Of a DNA stretch of 64,000 bases, positions 11,447 through 35,003 are shown piece by piece. Position 1 is the first letter of the stretch, and every line of letters starts with the position of its first letter. The translations under genes were made by a program, and so were the position numbers. Source of the stretch: an uncultured beta proteobacterium (GTDB lineage: Bacteria; Pseudomonadota; Gammaproteobacteria; Burkholderiales; Thiobacillaceae); NCBI GenBank assembly GCA_963828945.1, contig CAWHHA010000024.1, forward strand, positions 29,586 through 93,585. Direction: 5' to 3'. The notes beneath the pieces were generated by a model, which had not been told where the DNA came from, made no database searches, and was given only the letters and a program-made list of their open reading frames with translations.

Positions 11447-11816
11447 TTACAGAACTTCGGGTGCAAGCGAGACGATCTTCATGAACTTCTCGGTACGCAA
11501 CTCACGAGTAACCGGCCCAAAAATACGGGTACCAATTGGCTCAAGCTTGTTATTTAGCAGCACCGCAGCATTGCCATCGAAACGAACCAAGCGAACCATC
11601 CGGACGACGTACGCCCTTAGCCGTACGCACCACAACGGCGCTGTAAACATCACCTTTTTTTACTCGGCTACGCGGCGCAGCATCCTTGATGCTGACCTTG
11701 ATGATGTCACCGACACTCGCATAGCGACGATGGCTGCCACCCAATACCTTGATGCACATAACAGAACGCGCACCAGTATTATCCGCAACGTCCAACACGG
11801 ACTGCATCTGAATCAT
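11447..11816 (-). CDS. rplN: 50S ribosomal protein L14 (apparent 1-nt insertion near 11589)
   Basis: [16 protein letters not shown]...RRPDGSL in one frame, VRFDGNAAV...LAPEVL in another; 370 nt versus 369. Confidence 0.95.
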
Positions 11817-11952
11817 TTAATTGCCTCCAACTTTATCCACCATAGCGGCGGCCAGTTTTGGAACCCGTTCGGGAGATATTCCGCTTTAAGCAGAAACTAT
11901 TGAGCCGACGAACCAGTTAACCACAACCGGCACGCCAACCGGAAAACGCAGA

Positions 11953-11981
11953 ACTATACTGATAAATTACGCATAGCGCAA
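11953..11981 (-). promoter_or_regulatory. Putative spc operon sigma70 promoter
   Basis: TTGCGC-17nt-TATAGT in the rpsQ-rplN gap. Confidence 0.55.
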
Positions 11982-11984
11982 GCC

Positions 11985-12248
11985 TTAAACGCGCGCGCGC
12001 TCAACTAATTTGCTGACCTTCCACGCCTTGGTGCGTGACAGTTTGCGCGACTCTTCGATCTGAACCATGTCGCCTTCATGAAAATCATTGTTTTCGTCGT
12101 GTGCATGATATTTCTTGGACAAACGAATAATCTTGCCAATGACCGGATGTTTGACACGGCGCTCAACGAGCACAGTAACCGTCTTGTTCATCTTGTCACT
12201 CACCACGCGCCCAGTCAGGGTGCGTACCATCTTCTTGCTATCAGTCAT
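11985..12248 (-). CDS. rpsQ: 30S ribosomal protein S17
   Basis: [19 protein letters not shown]. Confidence 0.98.
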   Translation of the reverse strand: MTDSKKMVRTLTGRVVSDKMNKTVTVLVERRVKHPVIGKIIRLSKKYHAHDENNDFHEGDMVQIEESRKLSRTKAWKVSKLVERARV

Positions 12249-12439
12249 GCTTGACCTGCCTTTTCGCGCATAATCGTCTTAACCCGAGCAATATCACGAC
12301 GCAATTTGCCGAGATCTGCTGTCTTGGTCGACTGCTGGGTAGCCACCTGCATACGCAGCGCAAAGTGGGCACGCAACAAAGACTCTAGTTCCTGTTTCAA
12401 TTCAGCGGCATTTTTGCCGCGCATTTCTTGTGTATTCAT
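12245..12439 (-). CDS. rpmC: 50S ribosomal protein L29
   Basis: [15 protein letters not shown]; position in operon. Confidence 0.97.
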   Translation of the reverse strand: MNTQEMRGKNAAELKQELESLLRAHFALRMQVATQQSTKTADLGKLRRDIARVKTIMREKAGQA

Positions 12440-12442
12440 TAC

Positions 12443-12859
12443 TTAGCTCCCGATCATGCGGGTAACGAAAGTGGTCGCAATCGGCAGCTTGGCTGCTGCC
12501 AGGCGGAATGCCTCGCGAGCCAACTCTTCGTTCACGCCATCCATCTCATACAAAACCTTGCCTGGCTGAATCTCGGCAACGTAATATTCTGGAGCACCCT
12601 TACCGTTACCCATTCGAACTTCGGCAGGTTTACGCGAAATAGGCTTGTCCGGAAAAATACGAATCCAGATACGACCGCCACGTTTGATGTGACGTGTCAT
12701 TGCGCGACGGGCCGCCTCGATCTGGCGCGCAGTCAAACGGCCGCGACCGATCGCCTTGAGACCAAAATCACCAAAACTCACATCAGCACCGCGAGTTGCC
12801 AAGCCAGTATTACGGCCCTTTTGTTCCTTGCGGTATTTTCTTCTAGCTGGCTGCAGCAT
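12443..12859 (-). CDS. rplP: 50S ribosomal protein L16
   Basis: [27 protein letters not shown]. Confidence 0.98.
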   Translation of the reverse strand: MLQPARRKYRKEQKGRNTGLATRGADVSFGDFGLKAIGRGRLTARQIEAARRAMTRHIKRGGRIWIRIFPDKPISRKPAEVRMGNGKGAPEYYVAEIQPGKVLYEMDGVNEELAREAFRLAAAKLPIATTFVTRMIGS

Positions 12860-13547
12860 GTTTCACTCCTGGTTTCTTGCTGCGCTTTTCTTGCTCAGCG
12901 ACCACTGGCTGCTCGCTACGATTCAGCGCATCGCCTTTATAAACCCACACCTTGATACCGATGATGCCGTAGGTGGTTTGCGCCTCGGCGAAACCATAAT
13001 CAATCTCGGCGCGCAAGGTATGCAATGGCACACGGCCTTCGCGGTACCACTCGGTACGTGCGATCTCGGCACCATTCAACCGACCCGAACTCATGATCTT
13101 GATGCCCTGCGCACCCAAGCGCATGGCATTCTGCATTGCACGCTTCATGGCACGGCGAAACATCACACGCTTTTCCAACTGTTGCGCAATTCCGTCAGCA
13201 ATAATCTGCGCATCGGTTTCCGGCTTGCGTACTTCTTCGATATTCACATGAACAGGCACCGACATCAGGCGCGCAAGCTCACCGCGCAGCACTTCGATAT
13301 CCTCGCCTTTCTTGCCAATCACTATACCGGGGCGACCGCTGAAAATCGTGATACGAGCATTCTTCGCAGGGCGCTCAATGATTACTTTTGAAACCGACGC
13401 ATGTGCCAGTTTCTTTTTCAGGTAATCACGTACCTTGATGTCTTCAAGCAGCGAACTGGCAAAGGTTTTATTGGAACCGTACCATTTAGCGGTCCAGATA
13501 CGCTGAACACCAAGGCGAAATCCAATTGGATGTATTTTTTGTCCCAT
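12843..13547 (-). CDS. rpsC: 30S ribosomal protein S3
   Basis: [23 protein letters not shown]. Confidence 0.98.
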   Translation of the reverse strand: MGQKIHPIGFRLGVQRIWTAKWYGSNKTFASSLLEDIKVRDYLKKKLAHASVSKVIIERPAKNARITIFSGRPGIVIGKKGEDIEVLRGELARLMSVPVHVNIEEVRKPETDAQIIADGIAQQLEKRVMFRRAMKRAMQNAMRLGAQGIKIMSSGRLNGAEIARTEWYREGRVPLHTLRAEIDYGFAEAQTTYGIIGIKVWVYKGDALNRSEQPVVAEQEKRSKKPGVKHAAAS

Positions 13548-13556
13548 GGCGCTTCC

Positions 13557-13889
13557 TTAATCCCCAACCGTCACGGTGATGTGACAAGTTGGTTTGCTAA
13601 TACGGTTGCCTCGGCCTTTGGCGCGGGCAGTAAAACGCTTCAGCACCGAACCTTGATCGATGTAAATCGTTTTGACTTTAAGTGAATCAATATCAGCACC
13701 CTCGTTGTGCTCGGCATTAGCAATCGCCGACTCAAGTACTTTCTTGATGATCTCAGCACCTTTCTTGGGACTGAAGGCCAGGATATTCAACGCCTGTTCA
13801 ACACGAAGACCCCGAATCTGATCAGCGACCAGACGACCCTTCTGTGCGCCCAAGCGCGTGCCACGCAAAATCGCAGAAACTTCCATCAT
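13557..13889 (-). CDS. rplV: 50S ribosomal protein L22
   Basis: [22 protein letters not shown]. Confidence 0.98.
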   Translation of the reverse strand: MMEVSAILRGTRLGAQKGRLVADQIRGLRVEQALNILAFSPKKGAEIIKKVLESAIANAEHNEGADIDSLKVKTIYIDQGSVLKRFTARAKGRGNRISKPTCHITVTVGD

Positions 13890-13895
13890 GGCTCC

Positions 13896-14171
13896 TTATT
13901 TCTTAGCCTTCTTATCCGCAACGTGACCCTTGAAGGTACGCGTTATGGAAAACTCACCCAGTTTGTGACCAACCATGTTTTCAGTCACAAACACCGGAAT
14001 ATGCTGGCGGCCGTTATGCACCGCAATCGTCAAACCAATAAAGTCAGGCAAAACGGTAGAGCGGCGCGACCAGGTCTTGATCGGGCGCTTGTCGCTCGTA
14101 TTGCGCGAGGTTTCGATTTTTTTCAGCAAATGCCCATCAACGAACGGGCCTTTTTTAATTGAACGTGCCAT
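13896..14171 (-). CDS. rpsS: 30S ribosomal protein S19
   Basis: [23 protein letters not shown]. Confidence 0.98.
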   Translation of the reverse strand: MARSIKKGPFVDGHLLKKIETSRNTSDKRPIKTWSRRSTVLPDFIGLTIAVHNGRQHIPVFVTENMVGHKLGEFSITRTFKGHVADKKAKK

Positions 14172-14186
14172 TTGTATCTACCTCAA

Positions 14187-15014
14187 TCAGCGCGCTTGAC
14201 GGCGGCGGACGATCATGTTGGAGGTGCGCTTGTTGCTGCGAGTGCGGTAACCCTTGGTCGGGGTACCCCATGGGCTAACCGGATGACGTCCCGCTGCAGT
14301 ACGGCCTTCACCACCACCATGCGGGTGGTCGCAGGGGTTCATCACCACACCGCGAACGGTAGGACGCACACCGCGCCAGCGCATCGCACCCGCTTTACCG
14401 ATTGAGCGCAGGCTATGTTCTTCGTTACCCACCTCACCCAGCGTTGCGCGACAATCAACGTGCACCTTGCGGATCTCACCTGAACGCAGACGCAACTGGG
14501 CATAAGCCCCTTCACGCGCCAACAACTGCACTGAGGTACCGGCAGAGCGTGCGATCTGCGCGCCCTTGCCTGGCATCATCTCAATGCAATGCACCGTGCT
14601 GCCGACAGGAATACTGCGCAAAGGCAAGCAATTACCTGCCTTGATCGGCGCTTCAACCCCGCTCACCAATTGAGCACCGGCTTGAATGCCACGCGGCGCG
14701 ATAATGTAGCGACGCTCACCATCGGCGTAGCACAAAAGCGCCAAGTGTGCAGAACGATTCGGGTCATACTCGATGCGCTCGACCGTTGCAGGAATTCCAT
14801 CCTTGTTGCGACGGAAATCCACCACGCGGTAATGCTGCTTGTGGCCGCCGCCTTTGTGGCGAACCGTGATGTGACCATTATTATTGCGGCCAGAACCACG
14901 CTTTTGCGGCTCCAGCAATGCTGCGACAGGCTTGCCTTTATGCAGGCCCGGCGTCACGACCTTGACAACCGCGCGGCGGCCGGCAGAGGTGGGTTTGACT
15001 TTAATCAATGCCAT
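14187..15014 (-). CDS. rplB: 50S ribosomal protein L2
   Basis: [23 protein letters not shown]. Confidence 0.99.
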   Translation of the reverse strand: MALIKVKPTSAGRRAVVKVVTPGLHKGKPVAALLEPQKRGSGRNNNGHITVRHKGGGHKQHYRVVDFRRNKDGIPATVERIEYDPNRSAHLALLCYADGERRYIIAPRGIQAGAQLVSGVEAPIKAGNCLPLRSIPVGSTVHCIEMMPGKGAQIARSAGTSVQLLAREGAYAQLRLRSGEIRKVHVDCRATLGEVGNEEHSLRSIGKAGAMRWRGVRPTVRGVVMNPCDHPHGGGEGRTAAGRHPVSPWGTPTKGYRTRSNKRTSNMIVRRRQAR

Positions 15015-15026
15015 GATTTTTCTCCC

Positions 15027-15335
15027 TTACTGACCGGACGTGAAGTCGATGTCCTGACCCTGCTTGAGGGTGACATAAGCCTTCTTCCAGTTATCACGGC
15101 GACCCGTAACACGACCCGAGCGCTTGACCTTGCCCTTGACGTTCAGCACTTGCACACCGACCACCTCGACCTTGAACAAATCAGCGACAGCCGCGCCAAT
15201 TTCCTGCTTGGTTGCGTCAGGCAATACACGAAACACAACTTGATTCTGCTTATCAGCAAGACGCGTGCTCTTTTCAGAGATCACCGGCGCGAGAATGACT
15301 TTAAGCAAACGCTCCTGAGTAAATGCACCCATCAC
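15027..15335 (-). CDS. rplW: 50S ribosomal protein L23
   Basis: [16 protein letters not shown]. Confidence 0.98.
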   Translation of the reverse strand: MMGAFTQERLLKVILAPVISEKSTRLADKQNQVVFRVLPDATKQEIGAAVADLFKVEVVGVQVLNVKGKVKRSGRVTGRRDNWKKAYVTLKQGQDIDFTSGQ

Positions 15336-15949
15336 ACCATCTCCTCAAACTGCTTGACTGCTGCCTTGGTGATCAGCACGTTGCCGAACTTGACCAGACT
15401 CCAAGGATCAGCCTGATGCGGCTCAACAACATAGACGTTCGGCAAATTGCGCGAAGACAGCCACAGATTCTCATCCACGCTATCCGCAATAATCATGACC
15501 TTGCCGTATCCCATCGACTTCAGCTTGCCCGCGAGCAGCTTGGTCTTGGGCGAATCAATACCCAGACTCTCGACAACCTTAAGCTTACCCTCACGTGCCA
15601 GCTGCGAAAGAATGGCGGCCAGTCCCGCGCGATACATCTTGCGGTTTACTTTATGCGTGAAATTCTCATTCGGCTTATTCGGGAACGCGACACCGCCCCC
15701 GCGCCAGATCGGGCTGGAGGTACGGCCTGCACGCGCACGGCCAGTACCTTTTTGACGCCACGGCTTGTGCGTGGACGCAGTCACTTCAGCACGCGTCTGC
15801 TGCGCACGATTGCCACTACGTGCATTCGCCTGGAATGCAGTCACCACCTGGTGAATCAGCGCTTCGTTGTAGTCACGCCCAAACGTTTCATCGGCAGCAG
15901 TCACGCTGGATACTTGCTGACCCTGCTCATTAATGACGGCCAAATCCAT
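15332..15949 (-). CDS. rplD: 50S ribosomal protein L4
   Basis: [19 protein letters not shown]. Confidence 0.98.
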   Translation of the reverse strand: MDLAVINEQGQQVSSVTAADETFGRDYNEALIHQVVTAFQANARSGNRAQQTRAEVTASTHKPWRQKGTGRARAGRTSSPIWRGGGVAFPNKPNENFTHKVNRKMYRAGLAAILSQLAREGKLKVVESLGIDSPKTKLLAGKLKSMGYGKVMIIADSVDENLWLSSRNLPNVYVVEPHQADPWSLVKFGNVLITKAAVKQFEEMV

Positions 15950-16593
15950 TAGGCACCCCCCTTCACTGCCGGGCGCACCACGACATGACCACCCTTGGAA
16001 CCCGGAACAGCGCCCTTCAAAAGCACCAGACCACGCTCCGCATCAACACGGACAACCTCAAGATTCTGCTTGGTGCACGTCACCGCACCCATGTGCCCAG
16101 ACATACGCTTACCCGGAAACACGCGACCCGGATCCTGCGCCATGCCAATGGAGCCAGGAACATTGTGCGAACGGGAGTTACCGTGCGTTGCACGCTGCGA
16201 CTTGAAGTTGTGGCGCTTGATGGTGCCCGCAAAGCCCTTGCCCTGCGTCACACCCGTCACATCAACTTTTTGTCCAGCAGCAAACACCTCGACCGGAACC
16301 GTTGCACCCAACGGGTATTGCGCAGCAATATCAGCCGATACGCGGAACTCACGCTTCAGCTCGCCCGCATCAACACCCGCCTTGGCATAGTGCCCAGCCT
16401 CGGATTTATTGACACGGCTATTGCGACGGACACCGAAAGCGACCTGAACAGCGGAGTAACCATCAGTTTCTGACGTGCGCACTTGCGTCACACGATTGTT
16501 TGACATTTCCAGCACAGTCACCGGAACGGATGCACCATTCTCGGTAAAAATGCGGGTCATGCCGACCTTACGGCCAACGAGCCCTATACTCAT
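15949..16593 (-). CDS. rplC: 50S ribosomal protein L3
   Basis: [35 protein letters not shown]. Confidence 0.98.
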   Translation of the reverse strand: MSIGLVGRKVGMTRIFTENGASVPVTVLEMSNNRVTQVRTSETDGYSAVQVAFGVRRNSRVNKSEAGHYAKAGVDAGELKREFRVSADIAAQYPLGATVPVEVFAAGQKVDVTGVTQGKGFAGTIKRHNFKSQRATHGNSRSHNVPGSIGMAQDPGRVFPGKRMSGHMGAVTCTKQNLEVVRVDAERGLVLLKGAVPGSKGGHVVVRPAVKGGA

Positions 16594-16599
16594 TTTTGT

Positions 16600-16723
16600 A
16601 TTTCCTATCTCGAGCCGGTAGCCGAAGCCACCTGCAAGGGTTGTAGGTGCCGATTACAATTGACCGGCGACTATTGATACAGCGAAGGGGCAGCAGTATA
16701 CCGATACCGCCCGATTTTTACAA
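16600..16723 (-). promoter_or_regulatory. Internal promoter and structured leader upstream of rplC
   Basis: TTGTAA(16718-23)-17nt-TATACT(16695-700), then hairpins at 16649-68, 16629-49 and a cUUCGg hairpin at 16618-31. Confidence 0.55.
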
Positions 16724-17026
16724 CTTGATTTCGACGTCCACACCAGCAGGAAGATCCAACTTCATCAACGCATCAACCGTTTTATCGGTCGGATCCATGA
16801 TGTCCATCAAACGACGGTGGGTACGAATCTCAAACTGGTCACGTGAGGTCTTGTTGACGTGCGGCGAACGCAGCACGTCAAACCGCTCGATTGACGTGGG
16901 CAGGGGAATGGGACCCTTTACCACTGCGCCAGTGCGCTTGGCGGTTTCAACGATTTCAAGCGCTGACTGGTCAATGAGTTTGTAATCAAACGCCTTCAGG
17001 CGGATGCGGATCTTCTGGTTTTGCAT
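16718..17026 (-). CDS. rpsJ: 30S ribosomal protein S10
   Basis: [21 protein letters not shown]; ATG at 17026. Confidence 0.98.
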   Translation of the reverse strand: MQNQKIRIRLKAFDYKLIDQSALEIVETAKRTGAVVKGPIPLPTSIERFDVLRSPHVNKTSRDQFEIRTHRRLMDIMDPTDKTVDALMKLDLPAGVDVEIKL

Positions 17027-17036
17027 GTAATTTGCC

Positions 17037-18227
17037 TTATTCTTCGATTTTCGCCACGACACCCGCGCCGACGGTGCGGCCGCCTTCGCGAATCGCGAAA
17101 CGCAGACCTTCGTCCATCGCGATCGGCTGGATCAGCGAGACCTTGATGCTGACGTTGTCGCCAGGCATGACCATTTCGGTGCCCGCCGGCAGTTCAATGC
17201 TGCCCGTGACGTCGGTGGTGCGGAAGTAGAACTGCGGGCGGTAGCCATTGAAGAAGGGGGTATGGCGGCCACCTTCGTCTTTGGACAGCACGTAGATCTC
17301 TGCGCTGAACTTGGTGTGCGGCTTGATGGAGCCGGGCTTGGCCAGCACCTGGCCACGCTGGACTTCTTCACGCTTGGTGCCACGCAGCAGGACGCCGACG
17401 TTGTCGCCGGCCTGACCCTGGTCAAGCAGCTTGCGGAACATTTCGACGCCGGTACAGGTGGTCTTGACGGTGGGGACGATGCCGACGATCTCGATCTCTT
17501 CGCCGACCTTGACGACGCCACGCTCGACACGACCGGTGACGACGGTGCCGCGACCGGAGATGGAGAAGACGTCTTCCACGGGCATCAGGAACGGACGGTC
17601 AATTGCGCGCTCGGGCTCGGGGATGTAGTTGTCCAGGGCGTCGGCCAGTTTGATGATGCTGGGCTCGCCGATGTCGCTCTGGTCACCTTCGAGGGCTTTC
17701 AGCGCGCTGCCGATGATGATGGGGGTGTCGTCGCCGGGGAAGTCGTACTTGTCGAGCAGTTCGCGCACTTCCATTTCGACGAGTTCGAGCAGCTCGGCGT
17801 CGTCGACCATGTCGGCCTTGTTCATGTAGACGATGATGTAGGGCACGCCAACCTGACGGGCAAGCAGGATGTGCTCGCGGGTCTGCGGCATGGGGCCGTC
17901 AGCAGCGGACACAACCAGAACGGCGCCGTCCATCTGGGCCGCACCGGTAATCATGTTCTTGACGTAGTCGGCGTGACCCGGGCAGTCAACGTGGGCGTAG
18001 TGACGCTTGGCGGTCTCGTACTCGACGTGCGCGGTGTTGATGGTGATGCCGCGCGCCTTTTCTTCGGGCGAGCTGTCAATCTCGTCGTATTTCTTCGCCG
18101 CGCCGCCGAATTTCTTCGCCAGAATGGTGGTGATCGCGGCAGTCAAGGTGGTCTTGCCGTGGTCAACGTGTCCAATCGTACCTACGTTTACGTGCGGTTT
18201 GGTCCGCTCGAATTTTTCCTTAGCCAT
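17037..18227 (-). CDS. tuf: Elongation factor Tu (str-operon copy)
   Basis: [20 protein letters not shown]; follows fusA. Confidence 0.99.
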   Translation of the reverse strand: MAKEKFERTKPHVNVGTIGHVDHGKTTLTAAITTILAKKFGGAAKKYDEIDSSPEEKARGITINTAHVEYETAKRHYAHVDCPGHADYVKNMITGAAQMDGAVLVVSAADGPMPQTREHILLARQVGVPYIIVYMNKADMVDDAELLELVEMEVRELLDKYDFPGDDTPIIIGSALKALEGDQSDIGEPSIIKLADALDNYIPEPERAIDRPFLMPVEDVFSISGRGTVVTGRVERGVVKVGEEIEIVGIVPTVKTTCTGVEMFRKLLDQGQAGDNVGVLLRGTKREEVQRGQVLAKPGSIKPHTKFSAEIYVLSKDEGGRHTPFFNGYRPQFYFRTTDVTGSIELPAGTEMVMPGDNVSIKVSLIQPIAMDEGLRFAIREGGRTVGAGVVAKIEE

Positions 18228-18289
18228 GTTTCAGTACCTTATATATCAATAATCAGTTGTTGAAGAACGCGGGGCGTTTAGCCGGGTGC

Positions 18290-20380
<2,091 letters not shown>

Positions 20381-20427
20381 GGTATATACCTGCCAATAAT
20401 TGCGTTGTGTTTAAACGCGTTAAATAC

Positions 20428-20898
20428 TTAGAAACGGAAATGCGAGAAGGCCTTGTTTGCCTCAGCCATACGGTGAATTTCTTCACGCTTCTTCACCGCA
20501 CCGCCACGCCCCTCAGCCGCATCCAGCAATTCGCCGGCAAGACGCTGATCCATGGACTTCTCACCACGCTTGCGTGCCGCATCCTTCAGCCAGCGCATTG
20601 CCAGCGCAGTACGACGGCTCGAGCGAACCTCGACCGGGACCTGGTAGTTGGCACCACCGACACGACGGCTCTTGACTTCAACCAGCGGACGCGCCTTGTT
20701 CAGCGCTTCGCCGAACACCTCCAGCGGATCCTTGCCGGATTTCTTGGTGATCTGCTCAAAAGCGCCATACACAATGCGCTCAGCGACAGATTTCTTGCCG
20801 CTGGACATTACGACGTTCATGAATTTTGAAACTTCCTGATTACCAAATTTGGGATCAGGCAGGATTTCACGTTTGGGTACTTCGCGACGACGGGGCAT
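20428..20898 (-). CDS. rpsG: 30S ribosomal protein S7
   Basis: [24 protein letters not shown]. Confidence 0.98.
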   Translation of the reverse strand: MPRRREVPKREILPDPKFGNQEVSKFMNVVMSSGKKSVAERIVYGAFEQITKKSGKDPLEVFGEALNKARPLVEVKSRRVGGANYQVPVEVRSSRRTALAMRWLKDAARKRGEKSMDQRLAGELLDAAEGRGGAVKKREEIHRMAEANKAFSHFRF

Positions 20899-20944
20899 AT
20901 TCCAGTCTCTCTATCTAATTAGGCTTGTTTCGAGCCGGTACAAA

Positions 20945-21322
20945 TCAGGCTTTTTTCGGGCGCTTGGCACCGTACTTGGAGCGTGACTGCTTACGGTCTT
21001 TCACGCCAGCCGTATCCAGGCTACCGCGCACCGTGTGGTAACGGACACCCGGCAAATCCTTGACCCGGCCGCCGCGCACCAGCACCACCGAGTGCTCCTG
21101 CAGGTTATGGCCTTCACCACCGATATAGCTGATGACCTCGAAGCCACTGGTGAGCTTGACCTTACACACTTTACGCAAGGCGGAGTTCGGCTTCTTGGGC
21201 GTGGTGGTGTACACACGGGTGCACACACCACGGCGTTGCGGGCAAGCCTTCAAGGCCGGGACCTTGCTTTTTTCCACCGGCGCTTGACGCGGCTTGCGGA
21301 TCAGCTGGTTAATGGTTGGCAT
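20945..21322 (-). CDS. rpsL: 30S ribosomal protein S12
   Basis: [21 protein letters not shown]. Confidence 0.99.
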   Translation of the reverse strand: MPTINQLIRKPRQAPVEKSKVPALKACPQRRGVCTRVYTTTPKKPNSALRKVCKVKLTSGFEVISYIGGEGHNLQEHSVVLVRGGRVKDLPGVRYHTVRGSLDTAGVKDRKQSRSKYGAKRPKKA

Positions 21323-21463
21323 GTCAAAAATTCCGAAAAATTAAGGTGAGCATTCAATTACTAAAACAAGCGGGACAGCACCGACCGCTTTTAGAAGCGG
21401 TGCCGTCCCGGATTTTATTGCTGCGCTTTCCGCCCTTGGCATATGGCCGGAAAAAGACGCGTG

Positions 21464-21488
21464 ATTCTATGGGAGAGCTTGACGCGTG

Positions 21489-21492
<4 letters not shown>
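21464..21492 (-). promoter_or_regulatory. str operon sigma70 promoter overlapping the rpoC stop codon
   Basis: TTGACA(21487-92)-17nt-TAGAAT(21464-69). Confidence 0.75.
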
Positions 21493-25688
<4,196 letters not shown>

Positions 25689-25708
25689 GGCTGTGTCCTC
25701 ACCCTAAA

Positions 25709-29789
<4,081 letters not shown>

Positions 29790-29857
29790 GGAGTCTCCTT
29801 GACGATCAGGGGCAGGCCGGCGCGTGGGTTACGCGCCGCGCGATGTGAGGCACACGC

Positions 29858-29903
29858 AAAAAGCAAACGACCCGGAAGCCGATTCCGGGTTCCGGGTATT
29901 TGC
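29858..29903 (-). terminator. Putative rplL-rpoB attenuator hairpin
   Basis: GCAAA...ACCCGGAA...TTCCGGGT...TTTGC followed by TTTTT; same position as the E. coli rplL-rpoB attenuator. Confidence 0.5.
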
Positions 29904-30019
29904 TGCTTGCGTCTGCTGCGGGTTTCCCCGCAACACACCACAGAAATAATTGTGGCGAAATAAATGCGTCTCCGGAAGCGGGCGATGCGCTTGCGCGCGC
30001 CGCCCTGGTTACCGTTGAC

Positions 30020-30397
30020 TTACTTGACGTCGACGTTAGCGCCAGCTTCTTCCAGCTGTTTTTTCAGCGCTTCGGCATCAGCCTTGGACACGCCTTCTTT
30101 AACAGCCTTGGGAGCGCCGTCAACCAGATCCTTGGCTTCTTTCAGGCCCAGACCAGTTGCAGCACGCACAACTTTAATGACTTCAACTTTCTTGTCGCCA
30201 GCAGAATTCAGCATCACGGTGAATTCGGTCTGCTCTTCAGCAGCAGCAGCACCGCCAGCAGCGGGGGCAGCAACAGCAACTGCAGCAGCAGCAGCAGAAA
30301 CGCCAAACTTCTCTTCCATTTCCTTGATCAGCTCGGACAGATCCAGAACGGTCATGCCAGCGATTGCGTCAAGAATTTCAGCTTTAGAAACAGCCAT
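30020..30397 (-). CDS. rplL: 50S ribosomal protein L7/L12
   Basis: [22 protein letters not shown]; ATG at 30397. Confidence 0.98.
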   Translation of the reverse strand: MAVSKAEILDAIAGMTVLDLSELIKEMEEKFGVSAAAAAVAVAAPAAGGAAAAEEQTEFTVMLNSAGDKKVEVIKVVRAATGLGLKEAKDLVDGAPKAVKEGVSKADAEALKKQLEEAGANVDVK

Positions 30398-30477
30398 GTG
30401 TATTACTCCTGTCAATTGTGCTTCAGATTAAAAACAATATCGTCGAACGGGTTGTCGACAAACTGCCAGCCAATGGC

Positions 30478-30999
30478 TCAAGCAGCCTGCTTGTCGCGCA
30501 CAGCAGCGAGTCCGCGAACGAATTTGGTCGGCACTTCATTAAGCGTGCGAACAAATTGCGTAATCGGAGCCTGCATCGTGCCCATGAGTTTGGACAACAG
30601 TTCATCACGGCTGGGCATGCTGGCCAGATTCCCCACATCCTTGGCGGACATGATGAAGTTGGGCATGGCACCTGCCTTGACGACAAACTTGTCGTTCGTC
30701 TTGGAAAACTCGTGCATCACCTTGGCGGCTGCAACCGGGTCCTTGGACATGCCATAAGCAAGCGGGCCAACCATCTGGTCAGCCAATCCTGCAAACGGCG
30801 TATCCGCAAACGCGCGGCGCACCAGCGTATTTTTCAATACGCGCAGATAGACGCCTTCCTTGCGTGCGCTTGCGCGCAGCTTGGTCAGGTCTTCCACCTT
30901 GATGCCACGATATTCAGCAACTACAACCGTCTGAGCACTTGCAACTTGTGCAGCAACTTCAGCAACGACGGCTTTCTTTTCTTCAAGATTCAGACTCAA
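30478..30999 (-). CDS. rplJ: 50S ribosomal protein L10
   Basis: VVAEYRG, RVLKNTL; TTG start after AGGAGGT. Confidence 0.97.
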   Translation of the reverse strand: MSLNLEEKKAVVAEVAAQVASAQTVVVAEYRGIKVEDLTKLRASARKEGVYLRVLKNTLVRRAFADTPFAGLADQMVGPLAYGMSKDPVAAAKVMHEFSKTNDKFVVKAGAMPNFIMSAKDVGNLASMPSRDELLSKLMGTMQAPITQFVRTLNEVPTKFVRGLAAVRDKQAA

Positions 31000-31089
31000 G
31001 GTCTTACCTCCTTCTCAGTTACGAAGCGCTACCCGCTTGTGTCCACGGGACGCTCCGGCTGGCGGCCTTGACAGGAAAATCCTGCTCGG

Positions 31090-31200
31090 GAACACCATCT
31101 GCGTAGGTTCTGCTCGATGCAAACAGAGGACAGACAACCATCACCCATTTACACTCGGCCCGACTTAACTCCTTGCGGAGGCCTACGGTCTTTGACAACT
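31090..31200 (-). promoter_or_regulatory. L10 leader (rplJL autoregulatory RNA)
   Basis: GTCAAAGACCGTAGG...TTAA...CCTACGCAGATGG signature in the rplA-rplJ gap. Confidence 0.8.
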
Positions 31201-31274
31201 CGTCAGCCCCGACAACTGGCCAACGACCCAAAGTTCAATCAGACATCTCTTGTCAGAGATGCCCACCATTCAAT

Positions 31275-31970
31275 TCATGCAGTGACGCTGGCCTGATCGA
31301 CACGCACGCCCACGCCCATGGTGCTCGACACCGACAGGCGCTTGAAATAAACGCCCTTGGAGCTGGCGGGCTTGGCACGCTGAAGCGCATCCATCAGCGC
31401 TGCCAGGTTTTCTTTCAGGTCTTCCACTGCAAACGATGCACGGCCGATGGTGCAATGCACAATGCCGCCCTTGTCGGTGCGGTACTGGACCTGACCTGCC
31501 TTGGCGTTTTTAACCGCACCGGCGACATCAGGCGAAACCGTGCCCACTTTCGGGTTCGGCATCAAGCCGCGCGGACCCAGAATCTGGCCCAACTGCCCGA
31601 CCACGCGCATTGCGTCAGGGGTTGCAATCAGGACATCAAAGTCCATCTTGCCAGCCTTGATTTCAGCAGCCAGATCGTCGAAACCGACGATGTCCGCACC
31701 GGCATCTTTAGCCTTCTGCACGTTGTCGCCCTGTGCAAACACCGCCACGCGAACCGTTTTGCCGATACCCTTGGGCAGCACCACCGCACCACGAACCATC
31801 TGGTCGGATTTACGTGCATCAACGCCGAGGTTGATTGCGATATCGATCGACTCATTAAACTTGGCGGTAGCCGCTTCTTTAACCAGACCCAGCGCATCAA
31901 TCACCGGATAGTTGCGGTTGCGGTCGATTTTTTCTTTCAGCGCACGCAGGCGCTTGGATGTATTAGCCAT
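31275..31970 (-). CDS. rplA: 50S ribosomal protein L1
   Basis: [20 protein letters not shown]; ATG at 31970. Confidence 0.98.
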   Translation of the reverse strand: MANTSKRLRALKEKIDRNRNYPVIDALGLVKEAATAKFNESIDIAINLGVDARKSDQMVRGAVVLPKGIGKTVRVAVFAQGDNVQKAKDAGADIVGFDDLAAEIKAGKMDFDVLIATPDAMRVVGQLGQILGPRGLMPNPKVGTVSPDVAGAVKNAKAGQVQYRTDKGGIVHCTIGRASFAVEDLKENLAALMDALQRAKPASSKGVYFKRLSVSSTMGVGVRVDQASVTA

Positions 31971-31971
31971 G

Positions 31972-32403
31972 TCAGACTCCCTCCACGACAATGCCCATGG
32001 AACGGGCTGTGCCTGCAATGGTACGAACCGCTGCGTCCATATTGGCCGCAGTCAGATCGGGCTCTTTTGCCTTGGCGATTTCTTCCAGCTGGGCGCGTGT
32101 AATCGTGCCCACCTTGTCGAGGTTCGGCTTGGCGCTGCCCTTGTCGAGCTTGATCGCTTTCTTGATCAAGACCGTCGCAGGCGGCGTCTTCATGATGAAG
32201 GTGAAGCTCTTGTCCGCAAATGCGGTAATCACCACCGGAATCGGCAGACCGGGCTCCATACCCTGTGTCTTGGCGTTAAACGCCTTACAGAACTCCATGA
32301 TGTTGAGGCCACGCTGACCGAGCGCGGGACCAATTGGGGGCGAAGGATTGGCCTTGCCCGCCGGGACTTGCAGCTTGACATAGCCGACAATTTTCTTTGC
32401 CAT
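31972..32403 (-). CDS. rplK: 50S ribosomal protein L11
   Basis: [24 protein letters not shown]. Confidence 0.98.
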   Translation of the reverse strand: MAKKIVGYVKLQVPAGKANPSPPIGPALGQRGLNIMEFCKAFNAKTQGMEPGLPIPVVITAFADKSFTFIMKTPPATVLIKKAIKLDKGSAKPNLDKVGTITRAQLEEIAKAKEPDLTAANMDAAVRTIAGTARSMGIVVEGV

Positions 32404-32531
32404 GATGGCTCCTAATAAATGAGTACCAACGCGCTTTGGGTTGCCCTACTCGCGCTCCTCTCCGGTTTAACCGGAAACCGCTGCCCGCCTGAAGCCGGCG
32501 CAGTTTTTAAGCTACCGAACTTACGCCCGGA

Positions 32532-33059
<528 letters not shown>

Positions 33060-33061
33060 AC

Positions 33062-33410
33062 TCAACTCCCTTGTCCTAAAGCCAGCTTGACCAGCCACAG
33101 CAAAATGCTGTCAACCGCCCACAGAAAGAGTGCCATCACAACCACAAAAGCCATGACCACACCGGTCATCTGAATGGTTTCCTTGCGCGTCGGCCAGACA
33201 ACTTTTTTAGCCTCATCGCGCGCATCGAGCGCGAAACGGAAAAAGCGCTTGCCCGGTGCCGACATGCCCGCAACCACACCCGCCAGCACCAAGCCCCGCG
33301 ATCACCGACAACACCCGCACCACGGCAGGCGCATCCGCAAAAAAATAAAAGCCGGCCAATCCCGCGATGACCAGCAATACTGCTACCAGCAGCTTGATTT
33401 TGTCAGCCAT
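33062..33410 (-). CDS. secE: Preprotein translocase SecE (apparent extra G at 33294-33297)
   Basis: MADKIKLL... N-terminus and [14 protein letters not shown]-terminus lie in different frames; 349 nt. Confidence 0.93.
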
Positions 33411-33439
33411 GAATGCTGTACGCCTTGCGGCTTATCCTG

Positions 33440-33515
33440 TGGCAGGCCAAGAGGGTCTCGAACCCCCAACCTTCGGTTTTGGAGACCGACGCTCTACCAA
33501 TTGAGCTATTGGCCT
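33440..33515 (-). tRNA. tRNA-Trp (CCA)
   Basis: 76-nt cloverleaf, anticodon loop CTCCAAA, encoded CCA end. Confidence 0.97.
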
Positions 33516-33587
33516 GTATTACTCAAGGGCGGAACAGGCCTGCACCCATTCCGCCCCGCCGGCTAAAACAGCCCGGTTAATTAAAAA

Positions 33588-34778
<1,191 letters not shown>

Positions 34779-34880
34779 TTCAAGTACCTCTCAAATTTGC
34801 ACAAGAAGAACGATGCGATCAACACGACCCACATCCCGACTATCAACACCCATGAGCAGCCTAGGCCACTACACAAAAAT

Positions 34881-34955
<75 letters not shown>

Positions 34956-35003
34956 AAACGGTTTTGACAGTCACACAATCAAAACACACAAACCCTTACA
35001 AAC

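Noticed and set aside
12843-12859. 17-nt overlap between rpsC and rplP
   Set aside because: Both proteins are complete; consistent with ordinary translational coupling
3100-16700. Visibly lower GC of the S10-spc-alpha block as a sign of horizontal transfer
   Set aside because: Canonical gene order; codon bias of highly expressed ribosomal genes is a sufficient explanation
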